A stretch of DNA of 64,000 nucleotides from contig JAAWGF010000001.1 of the NCBI GenBank assembly GCA_022795155.1, positions 4,533 through 68,532 on the forward strand, written 5' to 3'. Positions 1 through 9,522 of the stretch are shown piece after piece. The stretch is from Bacilli bacterium (GTDB lineage: Bacteria > Bacillota_I > Bacilli_A > RF39 > UBA660). Made by a program: the position numbers and the translations under genes. The notes below the pieces were generated by a model. That model had not been told where the DNA came from. It saw nothing but the letters and a program-made list of their open reading frames with translations, and made no database searches. The number at the start of each line of letters is the position of its first letter. The first letter of the stretch is position 1.

Positions 1-644
1 TAAAAAAATATCCAAAATGTTTTTTTCATACAGATATGACACAATGTGTTGGAAAATATCCCATTGATAAAAATTATTTTGAGAATATTGATTTAGCTAG
101 TTTTTCGGCTCATAAGATTTATGGATTAAAAGGTATTGGTTGTCTAATTAAAAAGGATGGCATAAACTTAGAACCATTGATTCATGGTGGTAAAAGTACA
201 ACAATTTATCGAAGTGGTACGCCAGCTCCTGCGTTAATTGCTTCATTTTCTAAATCTCTTAGATTAGTATTAAATGATTCTTCTATTAAATATTCTCATG
301 TTTTAGAATTAAGTAATAAAATTAAAACTGTTTTGGAAAAATATGATACTGTTTTTATTAATAGTAATGGGTATTGTATTCCACATATGGTAAATTTAAG
401 TGTTATTGGAATCAAACCAGAAACAATGCTACATGCTTTAGAGGAGGAGGATATTTATATATCAACACAGAGTGCTTGTTCAAGTAGTAATACACACTCT
501 AAAGCTGTTTTTGCGCTTACTCATGATGAGAAAAGGGCATTATCAAGTATTCGCATCAGCTTATCTTATTTAACTACAGAAAATGAAGTTCAAAAATTTT
601 TAGATGCATTTGATAAATGTTATAGAAGTTTAATATTAAAATAG
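1..644 (+). CDS. cysteine desulfurase / class-V aminotransferase (NifS/IscS-like), C-terminal part; 5' end lies outside the window
   Basis: The reading frame is open to the window edge. It has the PLP-lysine context FSAHKIYG and the catalytic-Cys loop STQSACSS. Confidence 0.8.
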   Translation, partial: KKYPKCFFHTDMTQCVGKYPIDKNYFENIDLASFSAHKIYGLKGIGCLIKKDGINLEPLIHGGKSTTIYRSGTPAPALIASFSKSLRLVLNDSSIKYSHVLELSNKIKTVLEKYDTVFINSNGYCIPHMVNLSVIGIKPETMLHALEEEDIYISTQSACSSSNTHSKAVFALTHDEKRALSSIRISLSYLTTENEVQKFLDAFDKCYRSLILK

Positions 645-645
645 T

Positions 646-1281
646 ATGAAAAATATATTAAAACCTAATTTAAAGGATAAACTGAATTTATGTGATAATA
701 TTAATTTTTTATTAAAGATGGATATTATTTATGATTATGAAATTAATGATTGTATTGTTGACAATAAAGATAATGTGTTATTTCAGTTTGATGGTTGTTA
801 TTTCAAAAAAGTTAAGTTTGTTAGTTATAAAAGTACTAAGTTAGAATTTACAAATTGCGTTTTTGAAAATTGCGATTTTTCAAATGTTAAAATGTCTAAT
901 TCTAATATTAATCAAGTAACTTTTAATAATTGTAAATTATATGGGGTTGATTTATCAATTAGTGATATTCGTGATGTTACATTTTTTAATACTAATTTAT
1001 CCTTTACTAATTTTACTGATTGTCGTATAGATTATTGTGCATTTAATAGTTGTGAAATGACGAATTGCTTTTTAGACTATGTTAAGTTTAGGGAAGTTAC
1101 TTTTATATCGTCAAACTTATGTTTAAGTGAATTTGTACATACCAGTTTAGAAGATATTAATTTATCAGATTGTAAAATATCCGGAATCAAAGTTACGACT
1201 GATGGCTTGAGAGGATTAATTGTAAATGAGTTTCAAGCCTTAGAACTTGTTAAACTATTAGGTATAAGAATAGATAGGTGA
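646..1281 (+). CDS. pentapeptide-repeat protein
   Basis: 211 aa made of consecutive A(D/N)LXX-like pentads (FTNCVFENCDFSNVKMSNSNINQVTFNNCKLYGVDLS...). Confidence 0.75.
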   Translation: MKNILKPNLKDKLNLCDNINFLLKMDIIYDYEINDCIVDNKDNVLFQFDGCYFKKVKFVSYKSTKLEFTNCVFENCDFSNVKMSNSNINQVTFNNCKLYGVDLSISDIRDVTFFNTNLSFTNFTDCRIDYCAFNSCEMTNCFLDYVKFREVTFISSNLCLSEFVHTSLEDINLSDCKISGIKVTTDGLRGLIVNEFQALELVKLLGIRIDR

Positions 1282-1285
1282 TAGA

Positions 1286-1546
1286 ATGAAATTAATTAAA
1301 GTTAGTTCGGTTTGGTGTCCAAGTTGTTTAATCATGCAATCAAGATATTTAGAGATTACCAAAGCATATGATTTGGATATGCTTGAATATGATTATGATA
1401 TGGATAGTGAAATTGTTCAAAATTATAAAGTTGGTGATATTTTACCAGTTGCTATAGTTATGGATAATAATCGAGAGTTAGTACGAATTGTTGGGGAAAA
1501 AAGTAAAAAAGAATTAGATGAAATATTTAAGAATTTAGGTGTATAA
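1286..1546 (+). CDS. small thioredoxin-fold protein (CxxC)
   Basis: 86 aa with WCPSC near the N-terminus. It abuts the next redox gene. Confidence 0.6.
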   Translation: MKLIKVSSVWCPSCLIMQSRYLEITKAYDLDMLEYDYDMDSEIVQNYKVGDILPVAIVMDNNRELVRIVGEKSKKELDEIFKNLGV

Positions 1547-1547
1547 A

Positions 1548-2744
1548 ATGAGAATATTAAAAAGAGTAGCGATTATTTTTCTTGTTTATTTTGCTTCTAT
1601 TAGTAATGCCAAAGCTGAGGAAAAAGTTAAACTTTATTTATTCCATAATTATGATTGCCCGCATTGTGCTGAAGAAAAACTTTATTTAAAAGAGTTAGAA
1701 CAAGAGTATGATAATTTAGAAATAATCACATATGAAGTAAAAAAAGATGAAGAAAACCGTGAGATGCTAAAGGAATTTTTAATTTCAAATGATTGGGATA
1801 TAAGAGGGGTACCTCTAACTGTTATCGGAACTAATTATTTTATTGGATATAATGATGATATTGGAATAAAGATTAGATGCGCAATAAATTATTATTCAGA
1901 AAATGAACATCGTGATTTAGTTGGTGAATTTCTTGGAACTTCAGAAGTTAGAGGAGATTTAGAAGATAATTTTGATCCTAATAGTTGTAAATTTAAAATC
2001 CCAATTATAGGTGAAGTTAATCCTAAAAATATTTCTTTACCATTAGCCTCAATTGTTATTGGACTTGTTGATGGCTTTAATCCTTGTGCCATGTGGGTAT
2101 TAATTTTCTTAATTAGTTTAATGATTGGTATGAAAAACCGTAAACGTATGTGGTGTTTGGGAATTGCCTTTTTATTGTCATCTGCGATTGTTTATTTTGC
2201 GTTTATGTATACTTGGATAAATGTGACTGGAATGTTTACTTCGACTAAAATTATTGAAATATTAGTATCTATTGTCGCATTATTAGGAGGCGGAATCAAT
2301 TTATATCACTTTATTAAAGAAGTAAGATCCAAAGATGTTGGTTGCAGTGTTACTAATAATGCCAAGAAGAAAAAGATAATGCTTCGTGCCAAAGAAATTG
2401 TAACAGAAAATAGCTTTTTATTAGCTTTAGGTGGCGTTATTGTATTAGCTGTTTCTGTTAATATAATTGAGTTAGCTTGTTCTGCTGGTCTACCAATTTT
2501 ATTTGCTCAAATATTGGCAATGAACGATTTATCAAATACGCAGATATTGTTTTATAACATTATATATATTATTTTCTTTTTGATAGATGATTTAGTTGTT
2601 TTTATAATTGCAATGACAACAATGAAACTAACAGGTATTTCTAATAAATATAATAAATATGCCCATTTAATAGGTGGTCTAATTATGGTTGGAATTGGTA
2701 TTTTAATGATATTCTTTCCTAATTTATTAAAATTTAATTTCTAG
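1548..2744 (+). CDS. secreted thioredoxin/glutaredoxin-like domain (CPHC) fused to a CcdA/DsbD-type membrane thiol-disulfide electron transporter
   Basis: Signal peptide, CPHC motif, then about 6 TM segments with membrane-embedded Cys (FNPCAMW and ELACSAGLP). I prefer ATG 1548 with RBS AGGTG over the GTG at 1539 in the track. Confidence 0.65.
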   Translation: MRILKRVAIIFLVYFASISNAKAEEKVKLYLFHNYDCPHCAEEKLYLKELEQEYDNLEIITYEVKKDEENREMLKEFLISNDWDIRGVPLTVIGTNYFIGYNDDIGIKIRCAINYYSENEHRDLVGEFLGTSEVRGDLEDNFDPNSCKFKIPIIGEVNPKNISLPLASIVIGLVDGFNPCAMWVLIFLISLMIGMKNRKRMWCLGIAFLLSSAIVYFAFMYTWINVTGMFTSTKIIEILVSIVALLGGGINLYHFIKEVRSKDVGCSVTNNAKKKKIMLRAKEIVTENSFLLALGGVIVLAVSVNIIELACSAGLPILFAQILAMNDLSNTQILFYNIIYIIFFLIDDLVVFIIAMTTMKLTGISNKYNKYAHLIGGLIMVGIGILMIFFPNLLKFNF

Positions 2745-2772
2745 AGTGGTTATTTTAAGTAATCACTTTTTT
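2745..2772 (+). terminator. intrinsic terminator
   Basis: AGTGGTTA / TAATCACT 8-bp stem (one G.U pair) followed by T5. Confidence 0.55.
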
Positions 2773-2823
2773 CATAATCAAAAAATTTTTTCATATAATT
2801 AAACAAAAAAATAGGAGGATTAT

Positions 2824-3471
2824 ATGGAAAAAATTAAGATTCCAAATTATACATTAGGAGAAGAATTAATAAATTCAATATCGCATGGAGTAGGAGCCTT
2901 ATTATCAATAGTTGGTTTAGTTATCATGATTTGTAAGAGCTTAAATGATGACAGACTATCATTTGTGGCTTGTTTGATATATGGAGTATCATTAATATTA
3001 TTATATTTAGTATCATGCCTTTATCATGCATTATCACCAAAATTAAAAGCTAAGAAAATATTAAGATTATTAGATCATTGTAATGTCTTTTTATTAGAAG
3101 CTGGAACTTTTACTCCTGTTTGTTTAGTATTAATAGGTGGTAAGATAGGATTCATCTATTTTTGTGTTATTTGGTTTTTAACTATTTTAGGTATTATTTT
3201 AAATTTGATAAATGTTGATAAATATCAGATGTTTTCTCTTATTTTGCATTTGTTAATAGGATGGTCAGTTATATTTGTATTAAAAGAACTTATTTTAAAT
3301 TTAAATTTAGTGGGTTTAATATTTTTATTTGGTGGTGGTATTTTCTATTCTATTGGAGCCTTTTTATATAAAATAGGGGCAACAAAAAAGTATATGCATT
3401 CTGTCTTTCATTTCTTTTGTTTAGTTGGTTCAATTTTTCATTTTTTGATGGTTTTTTTATGCGCAATATAA
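2824..3471 (+). CDS. hemolysin III / PAQR family membrane protein
   Basis: 7-TM protein of 215 aa with an N-terminal EELINSISHG motif and C-terminal HxxxH-like HSVFHFF. Confidence 0.85.
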   Translation: MEKIKIPNYTLGEELINSISHGVGALLSIVGLVIMICKSLNDDRLSFVACLIYGVSLILLYLVSCLYHALSPKLKAKKILRLLDHCNVFLLEAGTFTPVCLVLIGGKIGFIYFCVIWFLTILGIILNLINVDKYQMFSLILHLLIGWSVIFVLKELILNLNLVGLIFLFGGGIFYSIGAFLYKIGATKKYMHSVFHFFCLVGSIFHFLMVFLCAI

Positions 3472-3573
3472 ATGATATCGATATTATTTATATTTTTTTG
3501 CTTTTTTAGAAGGAAATAAAAAAAGTTTTATTGTATGTATATATTAAAGGAGGAGAATAGTAAATTTTATATA

Positions 3574-3602
3574 TTGACTATTAAAAAAATATAATATATA
3601 AT
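3574..3602 (+). promoter_or_regulatory. sigma-A type promoter (TTGACT-17-TATAAT)
   Basis: Exact hexamers at 3574-3579 and 3597-3602 with 17-nt spacing, upstream of the Rpn reading frame. Confidence 0.55.
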
Positions 3603-3613
3603 TTAACTAGTAA

Positions 3614-4453
3614 TTAACCAATATAAACAGAATATATATATTAGACAATGATCGTTTATTTAAAAAGATATTTAGTAATGAACTTTATTTAAAGCAATTA
3701 TTATTAGAGTTCTTTAATGTTAAATGTGATACAATAAAATATTTAAATACAGAATTAGTAAAGACAAATAAATATGATAAAGTAGGAATAGTTGATTTAT
3801 TTTTAGAAATAAATGGAGAAATTGTTATTTTAGAATTACAAAATATAAATAGATATAATTTTGAAGATCGCTTGTTATTTTATTCATCGGTAGCTATTCA
3901 TAATCATTGTTTAAAAGAAGGGGATGATTATAATAGGCTAAAATATGTTAGAGTGTACGCAATAATTAATTATAGTTTATTTAAAAATGTTAAAAGTAAG
4001 GTTAGATTAAAGGGAGACAATAAAATATTTACTGAAAATCTAGAATATCAAATATTTGATTTAACAAAAGTAGATAAAAATAATGAAAAAAATAGATATT
4101 ATGAATTAGTAAATCTATTTAATAATAAGAACTTACAAAATTTAGAATTAATAGTAAATAGTGAAATAAATAAAAGAATATTAGAAGAAATAAAACTTTA
4201 TAATTTAGATGAAGAGGAGTATCAGAAAATGGAAGAAATAGAAAGATTAATGATGAATGAGACGGAACATTATGATACGGCTTATGAGGCTGGAATAGAA
4301 AATGGCATAAGTTTAGGTATTACTCAAGGAAGAAATGAAGGCAAAAATGCTAGAAATATTGAAATTGCAAAGAACCTACTTAATAAAAATGTTGGTATAG
4401 ATTTAATAATTGATGTAACTGGATTAACTTATGAACAGATTAGTTCTTTATAA
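3614..4453 (+). pseudogene. Rpn/YhgA-like PD-(D/E)XK recombination-promoting nuclease (transposase_31 family), with no canonical start codon
   Basis: The frame is open from 3614. It encodes DNDRLFKKIFSNE...VGIVDLFLEINGEIVILELQN (nuclease core) upstream of the first ATG/GTG/TTG, which is the TTG at 3872. It has the typical Rpn C-terminal helix-rich tail. Confidence 0.6.
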
Positions 4454-4488
4454 AAATTAACTTTCTTAAATATTTAATTGTATATGAA

Positions 4489-4520
4489 AAAGACAAAATT
4501 ATAAAACTAATTTTGTCTTT
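4489..4520. terminator. bidirectional intrinsic terminator between convergent genes
   Basis: AAAGACAAAATT / AATTTTGTCTTT 12-bp stem, with A-runs and T-runs on both sides. Confidence 0.7.
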
Positions 4521-4525
4521 ACTTT

Positions 4526-6349
4526 TTATTCAACTGTAACTGTTTTAGCTAGATTTTTTGGTTGATCTATATCTGTTCCTTTTAAAAATGCTGTTTCATA
4601 GGCTATTAATTGTAGAGGTATAATAGTTAGTATTGATTGTAATAGTTCAATTGTATGTGGAATTTCAATAGTGTAATAATCCTTATTGGAATTCTTTAAT
4701 TTTTCATTGGTAATAAGATATACATTAGCACCTTTCGAAAATGTTTCTTTAACGTTACTTAGTGTTTTTTTTATGGTACGTTCATTGTTAACAATAGCGA
4801 TAACTGGTGTACCTTGATCGATTAAAGCTATTGTTCCATGTTTTAATTCACCAGCTGCATATGCTTGACTATTTATAATAGCAATTTCTTTTAACTTTAG
4901 AGATCCTTCCATACCTAAATAGTTGTCGATTCCACGTCCAATATAGAAAACACGGTCTTGTTCGTAAATACTTTTTGCGATTTCTTTATATTGAGCGCGA
5001 TATGTTTCATTGAGTAGTATTTCCATCTGTTCTGGTAATTCTCTAAAAGCAGTTAAGATTTCTTTTTTCTCTTCGTTTGTTATATTATTATTGTTATTCA
5101 TAATACTTAAAGTGATTAAAGCAAGTAAGGAAATTTGAGCCAAATAGGCTTTAGTTGTTGCAACAGCATTTTCTGTACCTGCTTCTGTATATAATACATT
5201 GTCAACATTTAGAGCAATATTGCTATTAGGAACATTTATAATTCCTAATGTATCTGAGTTATGCTGTTTAGCTATTTTAACAGCTTCTAATGTATCGGCT
5301 GTTTCACCTGATTGTGATATGGCAATAACTAGCGATTTATCATCAATAAATTGCGTATCTTTATATCTAAATTCACTGGCAATTTCAACTTCAACTGGAA
5401 TTTTAGCATATTTTTCTATTAAACTTTTTCCAATTAAACCAGCATGCATTGCGCTGCCACATGCAGCAATAACTATTTTATTATATTTTGAAAAATCTGG
5501 CATTTTTTCACTTAATAAATCAAAATTATCATTCATATCAATATAAAAATCTGTTAATTTTTTAAAAATGTCTGGTTGTTGATATATTTCCTTTAACATA
5601 AAATGTTCATAAATGCCTTTATTATTGTCATCTACATTTTTTTCAAATGTCATAATATCTTTTTCTATTTCATATCCATCTTTATCGAAACATTGTATAT
5701 TATTAGTAGTTATTTTGGCAAATTCACCATCGTTTAAAATTATGCATCTATTAGTATATTCATTGAAAGCTGTCATTTCTGATGCAATGTAATTTTCATC
5801 ATTGTTGATACCTATAATAAGTGCACTATTGTTTTTGATGGTATATAAAGTTTCATAATCATCATCAACAATTATACCTAAGGCATAGGCACCTTCAACT
5901 TGCTTTTGAAATTCAACTAACGTTTTGTTCATGTCATTTGTTTCATTATATAGTTTATCTAAAAGAGCGGCAGCAATTTCAGTATCAGTTTCTGAATTAA
6001 ATTTATATCCTTTTGTTATTAGTTCTTCTTTTAATTCTATATAGTTTTCTATTATACCATTATGAACAATAGTAATTTTACCTTGTTTATGTGGATGACT
6101 ATTTATTTCAGATGGATCACCGTGAGTAGCCCATCTAGTATGTCCAATACCTAAACTTGCTTCATCTTTTTCTAAAATGTTTACTAAATTATTAATTTTT
6201 CCCGATGCTTTTGTAATTTTTACTTTATCATCTACTATTATAGCTATACCAGCTGAGTCATATCCTCGACGTTTTAATTTTTCTAATCCATTAATCAAAA
6301 CTTTTTGGGCCTTTTTTTCTTTTCCAACGTACCCAATTATTCCACACAT
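4526..6349 (-). CDS. glmS: glutamine--fructose-6-phosphate aminotransferase
   Basis: 607 aa with an MCGIIGY N-terminal nucleophile, two SIS domains, and a C-terminal ...LAKTVTVE. Confidence 0.97.
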   Translation of the reverse strand: MCGIIGYVGKEKKAQKVLINGLEKLKRRGYDSAGIAIIVDDKVKITKASGKINNLVNILEKDEASLGIGHTRWATHGDPSEINSHPHKQGKITIVHNGIIENYIELKEELITKGYKFNSETDTEIAAALLDKLYNETNDMNKTLVEFQKQVEGAYALGIIVDDDYETLYTIKNNSALIIGINNDENYIASEMTAFNEYTNRCIILNDGEFAKITTNNIQCFDKDGYEIEKDIMTFEKNVDDNNKGIYEHFMLKEIYQQPDIFKKLTDFYIDMNDNFDLLSEKMPDFSKYNKIVIAACGSAMHAGLIGKSLIEKYAKIPVEVEIASEFRYKDTQFIDDKSLVIAISQSGETADTLEAVKIAKQHNSDTLGIINVPNSNIALNVDNVLYTEAGTENAVATTKAYLAQISLLALITLSIMNNNNNITNEEKKEILTAFRELPEQMEILLNETYRAQYKEIAKSIYEQDRVFYIGRGIDNYLGMEGSLKLKEIAIINSQAYAAGELKHGTIALIDQGTPVIAIVNNERTIKKTLSNVKETFSKGANVYLITNEKLKNSNKDYYTIEIPHTIELLQSILTIIPLQLIAYETAFLKGTDIDQPKNLAKTVTVE

Positions 6350-6379
6350 AAAAAAATCCTCCTTATAAATAATGTGTTT

Positions 6380-6520
6380 ATTATGTGTGTGATATAAAAT
6401 TTGTTGTAATATTGATTTTACTTTTTGTTTATATCTAACGATTACACAATTCCGTAACAGTATCCGCCGAATTTTCGATAACTGTTATCCTCGTCGACCA
6501 TATTTGGCCCTGGCGCTAAT
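6380..6520 (-). promoter_or_regulatory. glmS ribozyme (GlcN6P-dependent self-cleaving riboswitch) in the glmS 5' UTR
   Basis: The minus strand reads AGCGCCAGGGCC...GGTCGACGAGGATAACAGTTATCGAAAATTCGGCGGATACTGTTACGG. This matches the conserved AGCGCCAG / GACGAGGAU / UAUCGAAnUUUCGGCGGAU core. The cleavage site falls next to 6517/6518. The 3' boundary is approximate. Confidence 0.9.
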
Positions 6521-6567
6521 TAAATATTATCTTATCTATCCTCCCTGATAATAGATAACTTTATTAC

Positions 6568-6596
6568 ATTATATAAAAAATATGGATTTTTGACAA
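6568..6596 (-). promoter_or_regulatory. glmS promoter (TTGTCA-17-TATAAT on the minus strand)
   Basis: The -35 is the reverse complement of 6591-6596 and the -10 is the reverse complement of 6568-6573. The -35 overlaps a divergent +strand TTGACA at 6590-6595. Confidence 0.6.
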
Positions 6597-6661
6597 TAAA
6601 AATACGAATAATTATAAAAAATATAAAAAAATATGTATAATATATATTAGGAGCTGGTAAT

Positions 6662-7930
6662 ATGCCAAAATATGGTAAAACAAAAATTATTATTGCTGCA
6701 ATTCTTTCAATTATTTTTATAGTTGTTTTTTATTCTAATTATCTAAATAAAAAAAATGAAGAGAAATTAGAACAGGAACGAATAGCTGAAGAAAAGTTAA
6801 AAGATATTAATAAGCATTATAATAAATTTGTTAAGAGCAATTTAGAAACGGATTTATATATATTAGAAAATAACGAATATAAAATGATAGGTAAAATTGG
6901 TAAAGATGTTGAATTAACTTTAAAAGAAATGGATATTACAAGTGATACTGATTATTTTATGATTGATAATTTTGATGGAGAGTATTATATAAAATATGAT
7001 AGTGTTACGCCAATTGAAGAATTATCAAAAGAAAGTGATAGATATAAAAATTATATTTTATTTAACGAAAATGTGATAACAAAGGATAAGACATTGTTTT
7101 ATAAAAATGATCATCTTATGTATGAACTTGATATTGGGGTTAATTTACCTATTATTATGAAGGACGGAAATAAGATTTATGTTGAATATCAAAATAAGCT
7201 AGTATATGTTTTAGATTCAGAAATTGATAATATTATTTCTAGTAATAACACAAATAAAGAGGTTGCTCAAGAAATTCCTACAATTGTTTATCACTTCATT
7301 TATAATCCAGAAGTTGAAGAGTGTAATCAAATAATTTGCCATACATTAACGCAAGTTCAAAGCCATATTGATTATTTAAAGAGTGAAAGTTATTTTACAC
7401 CTACAATGCAAGAGTTTGAGATGTTTATTGATGGTAAATTATTGTTACCTAAAAATAGTGTTGTTATTACGATTGATGATGGTTGGTTTGGCGATAATGC
7501 TCGAGATATTTTTACAAGTAATCATGTTAATGCTACTATTTTCTTAATAACATCTGCTTATGGTGCTGATTATTATAAAACCGAATATTTAGAAACCCAC
7601 TCGCATAGTAATGATTTACATACTCAAGGTATATGTCCAACTGGTCAAGGTGGGGCTATTCAGTGTTCCAGTCGTGAGTTTTTATTGGAAGATTTAAGAT
7701 TAAGTCGTGAAAGAACATTTAATTCAACTGTTTTTTGTTATCCTTTTTATGAATATAATAATTATTCGATAGGTATATTAAAGGAAGCTGGTTTTACAAT
7801 GGCTTTTGGTGGAAGTTATGCAGGAGGTCATTCTAAAATGCCAATTGGTGGCGATAAATATCAAATACCGAGATTTACACTATTAAACGATACAACAGTT
7901 GCTGATTTAAAAGAAATTTTAAATAGTTAG
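6662..7930 (+). CDS. membrane-anchored polysaccharide deacetylase (NodB-homology domain)
   Basis: N-terminal TM segment. The C-terminal domain has VITIDDGW and HSHSNDLH motifs. Confidence 0.8.
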   Translation: MPKYGKTKIIIAAILSIIFIVVFYSNYLNKKNEEKLEQERIAEEKLKDINKHYNKFVKSNLETDLYILENNEYKMIGKIGKDVELTLKEMDITSDTDYFMIDNFDGEYYIKYDSVTPIEELSKESDRYKNYILFNENVITKDKTLFYKNDHLMYELDIGVNLPIIMKDGNKIYVEYQNKLVYVLDSEIDNIISSNNTNKEVAQEIPTIVYHFIYNPEVEECNQIICHTLTQVQSHIDYLKSESYFTPTMQEFEMFIDGKLLLPKNSVVITIDDGWFGDNARDIFTSNHVNATIFLITSAYGADYYKTEYLETHSHSNDLHTQGICPTGQGGAIQCSSREFLLEDLRLSRERTFNSTVFCYPFYEYNNYSIGILKEAGFTMAFGGSYAGGHSKMPIGGDKYQIPRFTLLNDTTVADLKEILNS

Positions 7931-8016
7931 TTTACACTATTGATTTTTTAAAAGAGGTTTATCTTCTTTTTTTTTGCTATTTTTGATATAATTATTTTTG
8001 ACAATGAGGTGTTTAG

Positions 8017-9522
8017 ATGAGAACCAAAAAAGCTATTCTTAATTTTATATTTGACGCTTTACCTCAATTTATTATTTCTTTATTAGGTTTTTTAAGATTT
8101 AAACTGATTTTATCTAATATAGGTGAGGATGTTTTAGGTGTCTATCAATTGTTTGGTCAATTAGTAGCTTATATAACTTTTGTTGATTTTGGATTAACAA
8201 GTGCTGTATGTTACAGTCTATATGCTCCAATTGCTAATAATGATGAAGAAAAAATAAATCGCATTTTAAGTGGTGCTAAATATGTTTTTAATATTATTAC
8301 AATTATTATGTTTATAGTGGGCATTGGTCTTACTTTAGGAATAGGCTTTTTTATTAAGGAAACTAGTTTATCATTAGGTTTTATCCAAATTTGCTTTTTC
8401 TTAATGGTTATTTCTAATGTTATAACTTATTTTGTAGCTAGTCATACAATTTTATTTGATGCTGAACAAAATAAGTATCAATATATTCGCTATACGCAAA
8501 TTTTATTGTTTATAAAAGCTATTTTAGAAATTGTTTTTATCATTATTTTTAAAAATATTTTGTCTATTTTAATTTTAGGTGTCTTTGTTTCAATAATTCA
8601 AAATATTATTATTGTTTCTATATCTAAAAGAAAACATAAAAATTTAAATTTTAAATGTGAAAAAGATTTATCGTTTTGGCAAAAAACAAAAGAGTTAATA
8701 CCTCATAAAATTGGCACTTTAGTGGCTAATAATATTGATGTTTTAATTATTTCAAAATTTATTGGTTTAGCGCAAGTTGTAACTTATACATCTTATATGT
8801 ATATTATTAATACATTAGTTACTATTTTTTCGAAATTGTCGACAGCAAGTTCGGCTGGCATTGGTAATTTGTTAGTTGTTGATAAGGGAAAGGCCTATGA
8901 TAAGTTCTTAGAATATAATTCGTTTGTTTTCTTTTTAGCAACGATAATTTGTGTACCTCTTTATTTTGCTATATCACCTTTTGTTAGTCTTTTTTATGGT
9001 GAATCATATGTTGTTGGAACAATTACTTGCTTATTATTTGTTTTCTTAGTTTTTTATAGTATTATTAGAACAATTTTTAACACTTTTGTAACGGCAGCTG
9101 GTTTATTTAAAGAAACAATTATTTGTGTTTTCTTAGAAATTGCTATAAATTTAACCTTATCTCTTGTTTTAATCAAATATATTGGGATTACAGGTGTTAT
9201 TTTAGCAACCGCTATAGCTTATATATTGAGTGAGTATGTTTTAAAGCCTAGTATTTTAAATAAACATATTTTTCATAATAAAATATTAGTTTATTATAAA
9301 GATTGTTTGTTTTATATTATTATTGTTATTATAAATTTGTATTTGATTAATATAAGTAAAGATATTTTAGTTGTAAGTAATTTCTTTAATTGGTTATTAT
9401 TTAGTGGTATAATTTTTGTATTGAATTTTATTGTAACAGTTATTTATTATAAAATAATAAAAAAGTTAAGTTTTATTGATAGACTTATTCCTAATAAATT
9501 GAAAGGTAAGATTAGAGTATGA
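8017..9522 (+). CDS. oligosaccharide/polysaccharide flippase (Wzx-like, MOP superfamily)
   Basis: 501 aa with about 12-14 TM segments and a typical polysaccharide-biosynthesis-protein N-terminus. An extended -10 (TGATATAAT) lies at about 7983-7991. Confidence 0.8.
   Translation: MRTKKAILNFIFDALPQFIISLLGFLRFKLILSNIGEDVLGVYQLFGQLVAYITFVDFGLTSAVCYSLYAPIANNDEEKINRILSGAKYVFNIITIIMFIVGIGLTLGIGFFIKETSLSLGFIQICFFLMVISNVITYFVASHTILFDAEQNKYQYIRYTQILLFIKAILEIVFIIIFKNILSILILGVFVSIIQNIIIVSISKRKHKNLNFKCEKDLSFWQKTKELIPHKIGTLVANNIDVLIISKFIGLAQVVTYTSYMYIINTLVTIFSKLSTASSAGIGNLLVVDKGKAYDKFLEYNSFVFFLATIICVPLYFAISPFVSLFYGESYVVGTITCLLFVFLVFYSIIRTIFNTFVTAAGLFKETIICVFLEIAINLTLSLVLIKYIGITGVILATAIAYILSEYVLKPSILNKHIFHNKILVYYKDCLFYIIIVIINLYLINISKDILVVSNFFNWLLFSGIIFVLNFIVTVIYYKIIKKLSFIDRLIPNKLKGKIRV

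Noticed and set aside
5199..6368. Antisense ORFs inside glmS (5199..5546 and 6177..6368). Similar shadow ORFs lie opposite other long genes: 1892..2092, 15482..15733, 17310..17510, 24232..24444, 27881..28090, 30812..31051, 33600..33941, 35280..35516, 35781..36002, 37112..37324, 38638..38826, 43035..43400, 49311..49649, 51600..51800 and 52933..53127.
   Set aside because: They lie entirely within well-supported genes on the other strand. They have no RBS, and their low-complexity translations are typical of antisense frames in AT-rich DNA.
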